A stretch of 64,000 nt of DNA from Heterodontus francisci. Its lineage: Eukaryota. The stretch spans positions 111,386,372 through 111,450,371 of the forward strand of contig NC_090382.1 of assembly GCF_036365525.1 (NCBI RefSeq), read 5' to 3'. Numbering within the stretch: the first letter of the stretch is position 1; each line of letters opens with the position of its first letter. This document shows, in pieces, positions 63,118-64,000 of this stretch. Both the position numbers and the translations under genes were made by a program. A model generated the notes under the pieces. It did no database searches, was not told where the DNA came from, and worked only from the letters and a program-made list of their open reading frames with translations.

Positions 63118-63681
63118 GTGAGTATTATACGTTACAATAAAGAAAACAAAAGTTGGAAGTGCACAACGTGTGGACCAGTATCTAGAGAAAGAGGCAACTT
63201 AAAATTCAGGTTCTGTTCCTGCTATTTAGCATTTCGAGCATTTTCTATTTTTGGCTCAGATTTGATTCTACCAAAAGTGCAATATATTGTGTCTTACTCC
63301 GTTGCCCGTTACACAATTTTGCTCAGTTTACTTTTTTTGGCAAATATGATGCACTCACGTTGCTTCTTTTCCTAAGGAGTGATTGTAACATAAAACAGAT
63401 CCTGGGGAATATAAGGCACGGATTTTAAAATGGGTAGGGTGTATAAACGGCCGAATTGGTGAGAGTAGTGATGTCATTGCGCACGTTCACTGTATTTGAC
63501 GAGCACACGCTAAACTATCTCAAACTAAACAATACTGATTCTTCACTATTATCCATAGCAACACACAAAACAAAAGGTTGAAAACGTAGGTATGAGTTCG
63601 CACTTCCCCTCTGGTGGGTTTTTTTTTGGTGAACTTCCTCATTCAATAATAATTGTGGGGACCAGGTTTAATCTGATACTC

Positions 63682-64000
63682 TAAAATAAAAGCAAAATAC
63701 TGCGGATGCTGGAAATCTGAAATAAAAACAAGAAATGCTGGAACCACTCAGCAGGTCTGGCAGCATCTGTGGAAAGAGAAGCAGAGTTAACGTTTCAGGT
63801 CAGTGACCCTTCATCGGAACTGACAAATATTAGAAAAGTCACAGATTATAAGCAAGTGAGGTGGGGGTGGGGCAAGAGATAACAAAGGAGGTCTAGATTG
63901 GACCAGGCCACATAGCTGACCAAAAGGTCACGGAGCAAAGGCAAACAATATGTTAATGGTGTGTTGAAAGACATTCTTTTTTACATTTTTTACAATCTTT
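63682..64000 (-). mobile_element. Penelope-like 3' UTR fragment with hammerhead-like motif (63785-63821)
   Basis: Near-identical to the reverse complement of 17995-18292; minus strand AGTT-CCGATGA-AGGGTCactGACCT-GAAA-CGTT-AACT. Confidence 0.85.

Noticed and set aside
63118-63375. Long hydrophobic C-terminal extension of ORF 61957-63375
   Set aside because: Read-through past the GTGAGT donor into the intron.

Overview
Eukaryotic (vertebrate) genomic DNA, most likely from a shark or other cartilaginous fish. The taxon is inferred from the HE1-like V-SINEs, SacSINE1-like SINEs and the dominance of CR1 LINEs. The window is part of a clustered protocadherin (cPcdh) locus. It holds four tandem, same-strand, ~2.5 kb variable exons, each encoding a signal peptide, EC1-EC6, a TM segment and a variable cytoplasmic tail. 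Each exon has its own promoter with a near-identical CSE (GTGTCGCTG/CCAAT) block and ends in a phase-0 GTGAGT splice donor. The constant exons are not in the window. The fourth exon is frameshifted but keeps its promoter and donor. The spacers are filled with nested transposons: a Gmr1-like Gypsy LTR element (with a tandem array of PBS-like units), CR1, L2/CR1-like and RTE LINEs, Penelope-like elements carrying minimal hammerhead ribozyme motifs, PIF/Harbinger DNA transposons and tRNA-derived SINEs. All calls are by eye; the boundaries of old repeats are approximate.
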